Positions 19,623-29,891 of a DNA stretch of 32,117 nt are shown piece after piece; within the stretch, counting starts at the first letter, position 1; each line of letters begins with the position of its first letter. The stretch covers positions 1 through 32,117 of the forward strand of contig JBCNVB010000029.1 of the NCBI GenBank assembly GCA_039630415.1, written 5' to 3'. The DNA comes from a bacterium (GTDB lineage: Bacteria; DRYD01). A program made the translations under genes and the position numbers. The notes below the pieces were generated by a model. That model did not search any database. It was given only the letters and a program-made list of their open reading frames with translations, and was not told the DNA's origin.

Positions 19623-20488
19623 TGATAGTATTCATTACAGGTATATCAGGTGCAGGAAAAAATACCGCCCTCAGAATATTGGAAGACAATAACTTTTACT
19701 GTATAGATAACGCTCCACTTAACCTAATACCCAAAATAATAGATATAGCTCAAAATAGCAATATCCAAAATATAGCTTTTATAATAGATCCAAGAATGAT
19801 AATAGCCTATCAAAAAGATCAGATAAAATTAAAAAAATCTATAGATAAATTAATTAACAAAACTCTGGAATATCAGAAAAAATACGATGTAAAAATAATT
19901 TTTCTTGATTGTAACGAAAAAACTCTTTTAAAAAGATATAACTTTAATAGAAGAATTCATCCAATAAATCCAGAAAACCCTGAAGAAGGGATAAAAGTAG
20001 AAAAAAAACTTTTAAGGAGACTAAAGGAAAATTCAAATCACATAATAGATACTTCAGATTTGTCGCCGTATGATCTATCCGCAAAAATCTTAGAAATAAT
20101 ATCCCTGAAAAAAATATACTTGCTAAAAATATTATCATTTGGCTATAAACATGGATTTCCAAACACTGATATAGTAATAGACGTAAGAATGTTACCCAAT
20201 CCATTCTACGTAAAAGAATTATCAAACAAGACCGGAATAGACAAAGAAGTAAAACAGTATTTGTCTAGTGATCAAAATACCCAGGAATTTTTAAGTAAAA
20301 CTCTATCTTATTTGGAATATATTATAAATCTTTACTTTGTAAATGTAAAGAGTTTTTTAGAAATAGGAATAGGATGCACTGGAGGTAAACATAGATCAGT
20401 TTTTGTAGCAGAATATCTCTATGAACAAATAAAACAAAAATACCAAAACATGAAAATACTTATAGAACATAGGGACATATACAAGTAA
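19619..20488 (+). CDS. rapZ: RNase adapter RapZ (YvcJ-like P-loop protein)
   Basis: GISGAGK, CIDNAP, SFGYKHG, DVRMLPNPFY, IGCTGGKHRSV, EHRD. Confidence 0.95.
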   Translation: MMIVFITGISGAGKNTALRILEDNNFYCIDNAPLNLIPKIIDIAQNSNIQNIAFIIDPRMIIAYQKDQIKLKKSIDKLINKTLEYQKKYDVKIIFLDCNEKTLLKRYNFNRRIHPINPENPEEGIKVEKKLLRRLKENSNHIIDTSDLSPYDLSAKILEIISLKKIYLLKILSFGYKHGFPNTDIVIDVRMLPNPFYVKELSNKTGIDKEVKQYLSSDQNTQEFLSKTLSYLEYIINLYFVNVKSFLEIGIGCTGGKHRSVFVAEYLYEQIKQKYQNMKILIEHRDIYK

Positions 20489-21351
20489 TGCAAAATATTG
20501 CACTCTTGATAATAAATATCCTTACTATTACCTTACTAGTGATATTTGTAATATATCCTTTTACTAAGATACTGTTTTCTTCATTTTTTATAGAAATTAT
20601 CTATCTAAACTTGAAAAAGTTTATATTCCTTGATAACTATTATTACATAATAAACGATCAAAACTATTGGATCTCGCTATATAACAGTTTGAGATTTAGT
20701 ATTATATCATTTATTCTCGAACTAATAATAGGCTTTTCGTTAGCTTTTTTAATATGGAAGAATGAAAATAACAAGATATTGAGGATAAGTATAATACTTC
20801 CATGGGCTTTGCCTAGTGCTATTATGGCTCTATCTTGGAGATTTATGCTAAATGAACAATATGGTATAATACCTAAAATACTTGATAATTTTAATATTGA
20901 AAACATTTACTTATCTAACTTTGTATGGGCATTCATATGGATGATTATTATAGATGTTTGGAAAACAACTCCTTTTATAGCTATAATGTTTTACTCCGCT
21001 TTTAAGAGTATTAATAAGGAACTTTTTGAAGCCATAGATATTGAGAAAGGTAATATGTATCATAAAATATTTTGGATTATAATACCATTGAGTATACCTG
21101 CTATTTCCAGTGCTTTGTTATTTAGACTTTTATATGCCATGGTAGTTTTTGATTTACCCTATGTACTTACTGGTGGAGGACCTGCTAATTCAACAAAAAC
21201 TTTGCCCATGTACATATACGAAAACTTTTTCAAGTATTTGGATTTAGGATATGCCAGCTCTTTGACTATTTTATCTATCTTAATTATTTTTATTATTTCT
21301 CTTCTTTTTCTCGAATTTCTCAAACGTATTTTTCACTACCCAGTTAGGTAG
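20488..21351 (+). CDS. Carbohydrate ABC transporter permease
   Basis: ILPWALP, DVWKTTPF, EAA-loop variant ELFEAIDIEKG, LTGGGPANST; TAATG overlap with rapZ. Confidence 0.92.
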   Translation: MQNIALLIINILTITLLVIFVIYPFTKILFSSFFIEIIYLNLKKFIFLDNYYYIINDQNYWISLYNSLRFSIISFILELIIGFSLAFLIWKNENNKILRISIILPWALPSAIMALSWRFMLNEQYGIIPKILDNFNIENIYLSNFVWAFIWMIIIDVWKTTPFIAIMFYSAFKSINKELFEAIDIEKGNMYHKIFWIIIPLSIPAISSALLFRLLYAMVVFDLPYVLTGGGPANSTKTLPMYIYENFFKYLDLGYASSLTILSILIIFIISLLFLEFLKRIFHYPVR

Positions 21352-21419
21352 GTTTCTAAAAACTCGTTATAAGGATTTTTTATAAGTAACTTGTAAAAAT
21401 ATATATAGAGGTGATTGTA

Positions 21420-22337
21420 ATGAAAGATTACTATTCAATATTAGGAGTAAGTAAAAATGCAACGGAAAAAGAATTAAAAGAAGCCTACAGGAAAATGGTA
21501 AGAAAATATCACCCTGACTTAAATCCAAATAATAAAGAACAAGCCGAAAAAATATTCAAAGAAATAAATGAAGCATACGAAGTGCTTATTGATCCAGAAA
21601 AAAGAAAATTTTATGATAGATACGGCTCAAACTGGAAAACTTACTACGAAGCCTCAAAAAGAGGATTTAACCCAGATTCTAATTACTCATCAAGCTACTC
21701 AAATACATACTCCCGTAAAGCTTCTAAAGACCTAGAAGAAATACTACAGGAAATATTCGGCTCATTTAGCAAATCAAAATCACGTAAATCACCTTTCGAA
21801 AATTTCTTCTTCCAATTCGAAGATTTCTCCGATTATCAAATACCTAAACATTACAACAATATTCCAGAAATAGAAGTCTATTTTAATCTAGAGGAAGTAT
21901 ACAACGGGGTAAATAAAAAAATAACCTTTAACCTAAACAATCAACCACAAACAGTAGAAGTAAATCTACCTCCGAGAATAAAAGAAAATTCAAAAATTAC
22001 TATAAATACCTCACAGGGACCAGTTAAAATTAAAGTGAAAATCAATAAATCAAACTATAAAGTAATACAAGAAAAAAACCTACTACTTGTACTACCCATA
22101 GAAATAGAAAAAATCATTAATAACGAGGAAGTAACAATAATTTTGCCAAATAATAAGAAACTAAAAACTACTTTCACAATAGATCAATTGTATACAGAAG
22201 TAGTATTCAAATCTCTAGGTTTAGTCGATAGCAAACAAATACCAGGCGATATAATTGTTATACCAGTTCCTTTAATACCCAAAAACAAACAAAAATTACA
22301 ACAAATAGAAAAAATACTTCAAGAGGTGAGATTGTAA
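21420..22337 (+). CDS. DnaJ/CbpA-like co-chaperone (J domain, no Zn-finger region)
   Basis: KDYYSILGV…YHPDLN…[11 protein letters not shown]; no CxxCxGxG repeats; GAGGTGA SD before ATG 21420. Confidence 0.9.
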   Translation: MKDYYSILGVSKNATEKELKEAYRKMVRKYHPDLNPNNKEQAEKIFKEINEAYEVLIDPEKRKFYDRYGSNWKTYYEASKRGFNPDSNYSSSYSNTYSRKASKDLEEILQEIFGSFSKSKSRKSPFENFFFQFEDFSDYQIPKHYNNIPEIEVYFNLEEVYNGVNKKITFNLNNQPQTVEVNLPPRIKENSKITINTSQGPVKIKVKINKSNYKVIQEKNLLLVLPIEIEKIINNEEVTIILPNNKKLKTTFTIDQLYTEVVFKSLGLVDSKQIPGDIIVIPVPLIPKNKQKLQQIEKILQEVRL

Positions 22338-22747
22338 TGATTGAAAGAATTCTAAAAATGTTTTTTGAAAGTTACCCCTTGGAAGGAAGCTACTTCTCCA
22401 TTAAAACAGTATCCGAAATACTAAAAATTCATCAACAAACTATAAGAAACTATGAAAAAATAGGATTAATCAAACCTTCGAGAACTAATGGCGGTAGAAG
22501 AATGTATAGTCTCAAGGATATTGCAAAACTTAAAATAATAACAGCTCTATCCAAAGACATGGGTATTAATACTCCAGGTATTGAAGTGATTATTAAACTT
22601 CTTGAAGAAATAGAACAGCTCAAAGCTAACTACGAAAATAGAATAAAAGAACTGCAAACAAAAATAAACTACTACTATCAAAACTATGGAGAAATAGGTA
22701 TCGTAAAATATGAATCAAAAAAAATCGTTAAATCAGATAAGAAGTAA
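22337..22747 (+). CDS. hspR: MerR-family heat-shock repressor HspR
   Basis: SIKTVSEILKIHQQTIRNYEKIGLIKPSRTNGGRRMYS…MGINTPGI; coupled (TAATG) to the dnaJ-like gene. Confidence 0.8.
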   Translation: MIERILKMFFESYPLEGSYFSIKTVSEILKIHQQTIRNYEKIGLIKPSRTNGGRRMYSLKDIAKLKIITALSKDMGINTPGIEVIIKLLEEIEQLKANYENRIKELQTKINYYYQNYGEIGIVKYESKKIVKSDKK

Positions 22748-22752
22748 ACTAT

Positions 22753-24258
22753 TTATTCATACAATAAAAAATAGCAATTATAGTACCTCAGCATTTTCAG
22801 AACATTATTTATTCTACCCTCTTGCTTTAACCTTTCTACAGCCAAATCTATATCATTCGTTTGTAAAAAAATAATCCTATTCTCTGGATTATCAACATAA
22901 TCAATTTTATCATTAAATACTATCTTTTCATATTCCATATACCCATCAAAGAATGTAATACTTTTGGTTCCAAAGAAAGTATCAGTGTAACTTTGATCTT
23001 TATCTATATAGCCTAGAATTCCAGGAAAATAATAGTAAAATTTTCCCCTAGAATTAGAGTAAATATTTTGGGAAGTACTAAGAACAATATAGTTTTGGGA
23101 ATTGAAATAAATATCCTTGACAAAAGGAGGAACTATTTTCTTGTTACAAATATACATACAACTAGAACTACCCCCATCCAAATTCAGTGCATGCTTAACA
23201 CCACTGAGATAATAAGCTAGCTCATATAAGTTTAATCCTTCCTTTCTTTTTGCATCAAGCCCCCAAATTACTTCAAGGTTTAATTTGTCTTCAGAATCAA
23301 TATAAAGTATTGACCTTGGAGCAGAATCCACTATATTATTACCACCAGGCCCAAAACCTTCAACAATAGGATCCATAACTAAAGAGTAATCCTTGTATAT
23401 TAAAGGCCCTGCTTGTATTAAAAACAATATATTACCACTACCTACAAAATTCTCATATTCTTTAATAGTGTTTGGTAACCACCCAGCTAAGAAATTTAAA
23501 TCCTTCATGATAGCTAAAAATCCTCTTGGAGGTCTATAATCAACCGGGTAAGATATAATCCTACCTTGACTCACTACACCACCAACAGTTATGTATCTAC
23601 CATCTTTCTTTGCAAAATAAGTACCATTAATACCAATCCAAAAATTACTATCTCTATAAACCAAATCTTTCCTTCTATAATCTTGAACATGTCTTACTTC
23701 AAAAGCAGAAAGATCAAGAATTTGTACTCTACTACTAAAAATATCAACTTTGCTTCTTAAAAGTTCCTTTACTCCGAGATTATAATAAAGCTTGGCAATA
23801 ATTTTGTTATCTGGAGTATAAAATTCCACTATATTACTTATCTGGTACTCTAGAGGAAAAATAAAGGACACACTTTGATGATCCTCTTGCACCTCTAAAA
23901 GCTCGTAGGGAATAATATGATCAGTTTCTATCTTTACTACAGAGTAATAGTTTTGGTAGTTATAAGATTTAACTCTATAAAAGGAATAGCTAAATAGGTT
24001 GAGATTAGTTTTTTCAAATGGAATAACAATCTCAATACTATTCGGAGAAGAGTACAAAAGCTTATAATTAATTTTCTTACCAAATTTGATGTACAAACTA
24101 GACTGGTCATACTCTACTCTATACATCAATTCTTCACAAACCGTCGAAGTAGGTAAAAGAAGTATGAAAACAGTTATAAAGCTAATTAATAGACTTATCT
24201 TTATCGATAATATTCTTATTAATAAAATCGATAATTTTTTCAGAGAGCTTTTTAACAT
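22753..24258 (-). CDS. Exported phosphodiester glycosidase (NAGPA/DUF2233) family protein
   Basis: GINGTYF, QAGPLI, APRS, ALNLDGGSSS; hydrophobic N-terminus. Confidence 0.85.
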   Translation of the reverse strand: MLKSSLKKLSILLIRILSIKISLLISFITVFILLLPTSTVCEELMYRVEYDQSSLYIKFGKKINYKLLYSSPNSIEIVIPFEKTNLNLFSYSFYRVKSYNYQNYYSVVKIETDHIIPYELLEVQEDHQSVSFIFPLEYQISNIVEFYTPDNKIIAKLYYNLGVKELLRSKVDIFSSRVQILDLSAFEVRHVQDYRRKDLVYRDSNFWIGINGTYFAKKDGRYITVGGVVSQGRIISYPVDYRPPRGFLAIMKDLNFLAGWLPNTIKEYENFVGSGNILFLIQAGPLIYKDYSLVMDPIVEGFGPGGNNIVDSAPRSILYIDSEDKLNLEVIWGLDAKRKEGLNLYELAYYLSGVKHALNLDGGSSSCMYICNKKIVPPFVKDIYFNSQNYIVLSTSQNIYSNSRGKFYYYFPGILGYIDKDQSYTDTFFGTKSITFFDGYMEYEKIVFNDKIDYVDNPENRIIFLQTNDIDLAVERLKQEGRINNVLKMLRYYNCYFLLYE

Positions 24259-24613
24259 TTTCTACATCTTTCAAAGTATAATTTTGATATGGTGGTTTTA
24301 ACATATTGGCTCCCGGATATCTAGAGAGAATATAGTGTTTGTCTATTTCTTTGGCAATATCAAATAATTCTTGCGGTACTTCTATTTTTTGAGCTAAAGT
24401 TTCCAATAAGTTAAATACTGAATGTCTGAATGAATCTAAATCTAATTTTTTAAGAGCTGCTTTTATTATTTTTACTACTGCTTCTTGATAGCAAAAGCAA
24501 GCCCACTCGTAATATCCTCCCTTAAGACAGTAATCAGCTACTTCACTATCTCTTTTACCCTGCTTGTACCAAGCATCATATATGGTTTTTTTTATATCTT
24601 TTCTTTCTCTCAT
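24182..24613 (-). CDS. HEPN domain protein (type found in MNT-HEPN pairs)
   Basis: WYKQGKRD…YEWACFCYQEAVVKIIKA…HSVFNLL…YILSRYP. Confidence 0.88.
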   Translation of the reverse strand: MRERKDIKKTIYDAWYKQGKRDSEVADYCLKGGYYEWACFCYQEAVVKIIKAALKKLDLDSFRHSVFNLLETLAQKIEVPQELFDIAKEIDKHYILSRYPGANMLKPPYQNYTLKDVENVKKLSEKIIDFINKNIIDKDKSIN

Positions 24614-24903
24614 AGTGATTTTATACTCGATCTTACTATGGGCTCTTTTATGTTTTTCACACCAAATATTATCACATCTTTTGCCATATATTTAAAGCAT
24701 ATAATTGTGTAATCATTTATACTAAATGTAATATACTCAGGACCAAGATAGTTTCTGAACAGTTCTATCGCTGATAAAACCTGATTTAAAACTGAATCAC
24801 TTATACTATTACCCATGATATTCTGGTTGCCCACATATATGGATAATATTTCTTTATTATTTTTAAAAGCTTTTATAATTTTATCAATTGCTTGGTTGTC
24901 CAT
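24610..24903 (-). CDS. Small hypothetical protein (possibly roadblock/LC7-like fold)
   Basis: 97 aa, translationally coupled to rplY (TAATG) and to the HEPN gene (ATGA). Confidence 0.65.
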   Translation of the reverse strand: MDNQAIDKIIKAFKNNKEILSIYVGNQNIMGNSISDSVLNQVLSAIELFRNYLGPEYITFSINDYTIICFKYMAKDVIIFGVKNIKEPIVRSSIKSL

Positions 24904-25511
24904 TAAGATTGTTGTTCAGAAGATTCTTTTTGCTCTTCAGCAGTAACAGTAACTATAGTGGTATCCATCCTGTTTACAAACTTTATATTCTTAAAATCAT
25001 CCTGTTTTGAAAGATCTGATACATGAATGCTATCACCTATATCTAAATTGGATATATCCACTACTATTTTTTCTGGAATATTTTCGGGTAAAACTTTGAT
25101 TGATAGCGAGTTAGTTAAGATTTGTAAAATTCCACCTTTTTTTACTCCTATACTTTCACCTACAATTTCTACTGGAACCTCTACTTCAATAGCTCTATTT
25201 TCTACTAAACCCATAAAATCAACATGCAGCACCCTGTCTTTAAGATAATCATATTGTATTTCTTTTATAACCGATTTATATGTTGTACCATCAATTTTAA
25301 TGTATAAAATTTGCCCCTTTCTTAATTTGATAGCTTCTTTTGAACTTATAGAGAATTGTACATTAGGTATACCTTTACCGTATAAACAACAAGGTACCAA
25401 GTTGAGTTCTCTACACTTTTTGGCCTCTACCTTACCCTTTTTTCTTAAATTACCACTTAGTGTTACTAATTCTTTTTCACTTTTAACAATGAAAGCTCTC
25501 ACTTTTACCAC
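24903..25511 (-). CDS. rplY: 50S ribosomal protein L25 / general stress protein Ctc
   Basis: VPCCLYGKG, IKEIQYD…LHVDF, GVKKGGIL, LDIGDSIHVSDL. The true start may be GTG 25502. Confidence 0.95.
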   Translation of the reverse strand: MVKVRAFIVKSEKELVTLSGNLRKKGKVEAKKCRELNLVPCCLYGKGIPNVQFSISSKEAIKLRKGQILYIKIDGTTYKSVIKEIQYDYLKDRVLHVDFMGLVENRAIEVEVPVEIVGESIGVKKGGILQILTNSLSIKVLPENIPEKIVVDISNLDIGDSIHVSDLSKQDDFKNIKFVNRMDTTIVTVTAEEQKESSEQQS

Positions 25512-25595
25512 CTCTTCATTATTATAAATACTTCTACAAAATATGATGGTACACCTTTTAAAGGTTAAGCTTTACGGCTGCTTAATATTATAAAA

Positions 25596-26681
25596 ATGGA
25601 AGAAATTGTAGTATCTTTTATTCTCATTTTAACATTTTTCTTAAGTATATTCCTAAAATCCTCTTATGTGCTCGTGTGTGTATTATTGGGAGCTATAATG
25701 TCCTTTTATTTATCATATAATCACTCTTTCCATTTATCATTAGGTAAACTAGAATTATTTTCAGATATCGCTATATCCTTGATATTCTTTTCACTCGGAC
25801 TTGGTTACAGTATGGAAAGCTTCAAAAAAAATCTAAAAAAAACTATGGTATCATCAGTAATAGACTTACTCAACTTGATAGTACCTTTTGTATTAATGTA
25901 TATTCTAACTAAACAATACTTCATATCTTTTACAATAGCACTAATGGTCTATCCTTCAAGTACAGCAATAATAATAAAAATTCTAGAATCCCAAAAAAAA
26001 TTAGCATCAAAATTAGCTGATACTATAATTGGAATACTATTGTTTGAAGATATAGTTTTAATACTAGTATTAGCATTTCTACAAGCTTCATCGCAGCAAA
26101 CAAATCCAATAACTACTACAATTATTTCACTCATACTAATTGTATTAATTTATATTTTTTGTGAACTAGTACTAAAAAAGCATTCCTTAATTCTAGAAAG
26201 GTATATTCAGGAAGAAGTTGGTGTTTTCCTAATACTAGGCTTTTTCCTTCTAGTACACTTCATATGTCACAAATTTATCTTGCCAGAACCATTAATTATG
26301 TTTGCATCAGGTCTGTTATTCCCAGTATCAATATCTAATTACTTAAAACCTAAAATAGAAGCCGTAAAAAACTTTTCGATAGGTTTATTTATACTGGATT
26401 TTATGCTTAAAACTCAAATAACAAAACAAGCAGATATAAATTACTATCTCCTAATTCTTGCTATACTCTGTAGCTTTATCAAAATCATAACATTCTATTT
26501 CTCATTGAAAATATCCAAAATAAAACATAGTTCTGAAGATATAATATACTTTCTTCCACGCGGTGAGTTTACAGTTTACATATCAAAAATATCAAATCTG
26601 GAATATTTTGCTTTCTTCACTATCATTCTATCTAATCTAATAGTTATGATACATTTAGCTATTCCAAAACATAAGAAATGA
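25596..26681 (+). CDS. Cation:proton antiporter (CPA2, KhtU/Kef-like membrane domain)
   Basis: FFSLGL, SSTAIIIKIL, GILLFEDI, PRGEF; highly hydrophobic. Confidence 0.88.
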   Translation: MEEIVVSFILILTFFLSIFLKSSYVLVCVLLGAIMSFYLSYNHSFHLSLGKLELFSDIAISLIFFSLGLGYSMESFKKNLKKTMVSSVIDLLNLIVPFVLMYILTKQYFISFTIALMVYPSSTAIIIKILESQKKLASKLADTIIGILLFEDIVLILVLAFLQASSQQTNPITTTIISLILIVLIYIFCELVLKKHSLILERYIQEEVGVFLILGFFLLVHFICHKFILPEPLIMFASGLLFPVSISNYLKPKIEAVKNFSIGLFILDFMLKTQITKQADINYYLLILAILCSFIKIITFYFSLKISKIKHSSEDIIYFLPRGEFTVYISKISNLEYFAFFTIILSNLIVMIHLAIPKHKK

Positions 26682-27117
26682 TAAAAACCATATGATTACG
26701 ATAGTATTTGTAAAAGTAAAGCTCCTGTTTCATTTTTTGCTCTATATACTTCGGAACAATCCTTGTTGATCCCCTTATATTCTCTAGGTAAAGTAAAAGA
26801 AGAACTTTATTTGGTTTTCTGAGTTGATGAATCGTTATTTGAGTTTGCCAAGGAGAATAAATAAAATATGGTGCCTGTTTCTTTGGTAAATACTCAACAT
26901 AAGGATCTGTAAATAGATCAACAATACTATTTGGATATCTTGCTTTATCTATATAATACTTCTCTGAAGCAATTTTTATATACTTAACATTAGTTATAAA
27001 AACACCTAGTTTGGAATACTCTATATTTGATGAATAAATAGAAAGTCCAATAAAAATCAAAAGCAAGATGATAACATTGGTTATAACAAGCTCAATAGTA
27101 GAGAATCCCCTAATCAA
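26659..27117 (-). CDS. Type IV pilin / type II secretion pseudopilin-like protein
   Basis: Prepilin motif RG|FSTIELVI plus hydrophobic helix, YYIDKARYP, SPWQT. TTG 27117 overlaps the sufU stop (TTGA). Confidence 0.8.
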   Translation of the reverse strand: MIRGFSTIELVITNVIILLLIFIGLSIYSSNIEYSKLGVFITNVKYIKIASEKYYIDKARYPNSIVDLFTDPYVEYLPKKQAPYFIYSPWQTQITIHQLRKPNKVLLLLYLENIRGSTRIVPKYIEQKMKQELYFYKYYRNHMVFIISYVLE

Positions 27118-27509
27118 AGCTGAATATTTTTCTTTTTGTATTTTCTTATGGCAGCTTTCAAAACATTTAACCCCAAGGAAGCACAATTAGGCCTTATAGT
27201 GTAAACCTGTTTACCAACTACATTAATTAGATGATTTATATCTAGATTTTCTATTTCTTCAAACTTTTTACCTTCTATACTTTCAATTAGTAAAGACGTT
27301 GATGCCTGACTTATAGTACAACCTTCACCCTGAAAAAAAACCTGAACACTATTATCAGGTTCGACTTTGAGATATATTTTCACAATATCTCCACAGCCAG
27401 GATTTCCTCCTTCCACTTCAACATCATATTCATCCGGTATTTTTTTATAAGGAGAGTTTTCAAAATGTTCTATAAATAACTCCAGAGTTTCTTGATCTAT
27501 TCTATCCAC
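27114..27509 (-). CDS. SufU/IscU-type Fe-S scaffold / sulfur-transfer protein
   Basis: [21 protein letters not shown]. Confidence 0.92.
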   Translation of the reverse strand: MDRIDQETLELFIEHFENSPYKKIPDEYDVEVEGGNPGCGDIVKIYLKVEPDNSVQVFFQGEGCTISQASTSLLIESIEGKKFEEIENLDINHLINVVGKQVYTIRPNCASLGLNVLKAAIRKYKKKNIQL

Positions 27510-29143
27510 TTTATTCCCCTCTCTCTTGCGGTTTTCCTAGCTATTTCATAACCTGCGTCTGCATGTCTTACAACTCCTATACCTGGATCATTTGTTAAGA
27601 CTCTTTCTAATCTATCATAAGTTGATTTCTTCCCGTCTGCTACTATTACAACTCCTGCATGAATAGAATTACCAATTCCTACTCCTCCTCCATGATGAAC
27701 TGATACCCAATGAGCACCTGAAGAAGTATTTAATAGAGCATTAAGAATAGGCCAATCAGCTACAGCATCAGAACCATCTAACATGCCTTCGGTCTCTCTG
27801 TATGGTGAAGCAACACTACCTGTATCTAAATGATCCCTACCTATTACAATAGGAGCTCTTACTATCCCCTTCTCTACTAGATAATTAAAATACATTCCTG
27901 CTTTATCCCTCTGTCCATAACCTAACCAACATATTCTAGCAGGAAGTCCTTGAAACTTAACCTTTTGTTGAGCCTTTAAAATCCATCTTCTAATTCCTTC
28001 ATCCTCTGGAAACAACTTCATTACAGCGTTATCAGTTTCATATATGTCCTTTGGATCACCAGAAAGAGCTACCCACCTAAAAGGACCTTTACCCTGACAA
28101 AATAAGGGCCTTATATACAGCTTAACAAATCCATCAAATAGAAAAGCTTCTTTTAAACCAGCTTTATATGCCTGACCTCTTATATTATTACCATAATCAA
28201 AAACTACAACTCCTTTCTTGTTAAACTCAACCATATAGTAACAATGTTTATATATAGTCTCCAAACTCCTTTTAATATAACCTTCAGGATTGGTTTTTCT
28301 TAAGATCAATGCTTCTTGAAATGTTATATTTTCTGGTACATACCCATTCAATTCATCATGGGCAGAAGTCTGATCAGTTATAACATCTGGATATATCTGA
28401 TTTTTGTACAAATACTCTAAAAGAGTAGCAGCATTAGTATTTACTCCTATTGAAATTGCTTTTTGTTCTTTTTTAGCTTCTAGAGCTGTTTTTAAAGCTT
28501 CCTCAATAGAGTCAAATGCTAAATCTAGATAACCCGTTTGCAGCCTTTTTTGAATTCTAGAAGGATCAACTTCAGCAATTAGAGCAATGCCATCATTCAA
28601 AGTGATAGCTAGAGGTTGGGCCCCACCCATCCCCCCTAAACCACCACTAACAACTAATTTACCTTTCAATGAACCATCAAAATGAATTTTAGAGAGTGAA
28701 TTAAAAGTTTCATAAGTACCCTGAACTATACCCTGCGTACCAATGTATATCCAACTACCCGCTGTCATCTGTCCATACATTATTAATCCTTTGCTTTCTA
28801 AATCTCTAAAGTAATCCCAAGTAGCCCACTTCGGAACTAACATTGAGTTAACTATTAATACTCTTGGAGAGTTTTCAAAAGTTTTGAAAACAGCAATAGG
28901 TTTTCCAGACTGAACTATTAAAGTTTCATCATTTTCCAGATTTTGTAGAGAATAAACTATTTTTTCAAATGCTTGCCAATTCCTAGCTGCTTTTCCGTTT
29001 CCTCCATAAACTATTAAATCTTCTGGTTTTTCCGCAACTTCTGGATCAAGATTATTCATAAGCATTCTTAGAGCAGCTTCTTGAGGCCAATCCTTGCAAG
29101 TTAAACTACTCCCTCTGTAAGCTCTTACTACAGACTTACCCAT
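27497..29143 (-). CDS. hutU: Urocanate hydratase
   Basis: [49 protein letters not shown]. Confidence 0.98.
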   Translation of the reverse strand: MGKSVVRAYRGSSLTCKDWPQEAALRMLMNNLDPEVAEKPEDLIVYGGNGKAARNWQAFEKIVYSLQNLENDETLIVQSGKPIAVFKTFENSPRVLIVNSMLVPKWATWDYFRDLESKGLIMYGQMTAGSWIYIGTQGIVQGTYETFNSLSKIHFDGSLKGKLVVSGGLGGMGGAQPLAITLNDGIALIAEVDPSRIQKRLQTGYLDLAFDSIEEALKTALEAKKEQKAISIGVNTNAATLLEYLYKNQIYPDVITDQTSAHDELNGYVPENITFQEALILRKTNPEGYIKRSLETIYKHCYYMVEFNKKGVVVFDYGNNIRGQAYKAGLKEAFLFDGFVKLYIRPLFCQGKGPFRWVALSGDPKDIYETDNAVMKLFPEDEGIRRWILKAQQKVKFQGLPARICWLGYGQRDKAGMYFNYLVEKGIVRAPIVIGRDHLDTGSVASPYRETEGMLDGSDAVADWPILNALLNTSSGAHWVSVHHGGGVGIGNSIHAGVVIVADGKKSTYDRLERVLTNDPGIGVVRHADAGYEIARKTARERGIKWIE

Positions 29144-29330
29144 AATTCTATACTCTCACTCTCCTTATAAACACATTACTCACACTATAACTATTATCTC
29201 TTCTAGAAAATAAATCCTCTACAGATTTAGAAATATATATGAAAGAAATTGATAATAATCAATAAAAAAAAGATTTTTGATTGTATAAAAAAATTCACCA
29301 AGGGAATAAGATAAAAGGGAGGTGATAAGA

Positions 29331-29813
29331 ATGTTATCAATAAGAGAAAGAAGACCAATGAGAAGATCAATGCTAAGTGAGCTAGAAAGAATCCATAACC
29401 TAGTAGAAAACCTAATGAACGATGTTTTTGGACCTATGGGAATGGGTTCATTTACCACAACTAATCAAACTACTCCAACTTCTGCATGGTTACCACCAAT
29501 GAATATGTGGGTAGAAAACAATACCATCCACTGTGAAGTATTTATACCTGGAATAAACAGAGACCAAATAGAAGTAAATGTAACAGAAGATACCTTAACA
29601 ATAAGTGGTAGTTTCAGAACAACTACATCTCAAGAAACAACTCCAACATTCTATATGTACGAATATCCAAGTGGAACATTCTATAGACAAGTAAGCCTAC
29701 CATTCCCAGTAAATACTCAAAGTGTACAAGCTAAGTACGAAAATGGAGTATTAAGAATTACACTACCTGTATCAACTTCAACACCACAAGGATTCAAAGT
29801 TAAAATATCATAA
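29331..29813 (+). CDS. Small heat-shock protein Hsp20/alpha-crystallin
   Basis: IPGINRDQIEV…LTISG…GTFYRQVSLP…AKYENGVLRITLP…KVKI; GGGAGGTGA SD before ATG 29331. Confidence 0.95.
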   Translation: MLSIRERRPMRRSMLSELERIHNLVENLMNDVFGPMGMGSFTTTNQTTPTSAWLPPMNMWVENNTIHCEVFIPGINRDQIEVNVTEDTLTISGSFRTTTSQETTPTFYMYEYPSGTFYRQVSLPFPVNTQSVQAKYENGVLRITLPVSTSTPQGFKVKIS

Positions 29814-29836
29814 GATCCATAAGATATATAGAGTCC

Positions 29837-29870
29837 AAGGCCCACCTCTGTAGATGCAGAGGTGGGCTTT
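29837..29870. terminator. GC-rich hairpin terminator between hsp20 and the convergent PDO gene
   Basis: GCCCACCTCTG (29840-29850) pairs with CAGAGGTGGGC (29857-29867), flanked by AAG and TTT. Confidence 0.8.
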
Positions 29871-29891
29871 AAACTTTATATACCATGAAAC

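Noticed and set aside
27118-27186. Listed ATG start of the pilin-like ORF
   Set aside because: It lies inside sufU; TTG 27117 gives a normal short prepilin leader with stop-start coupling.
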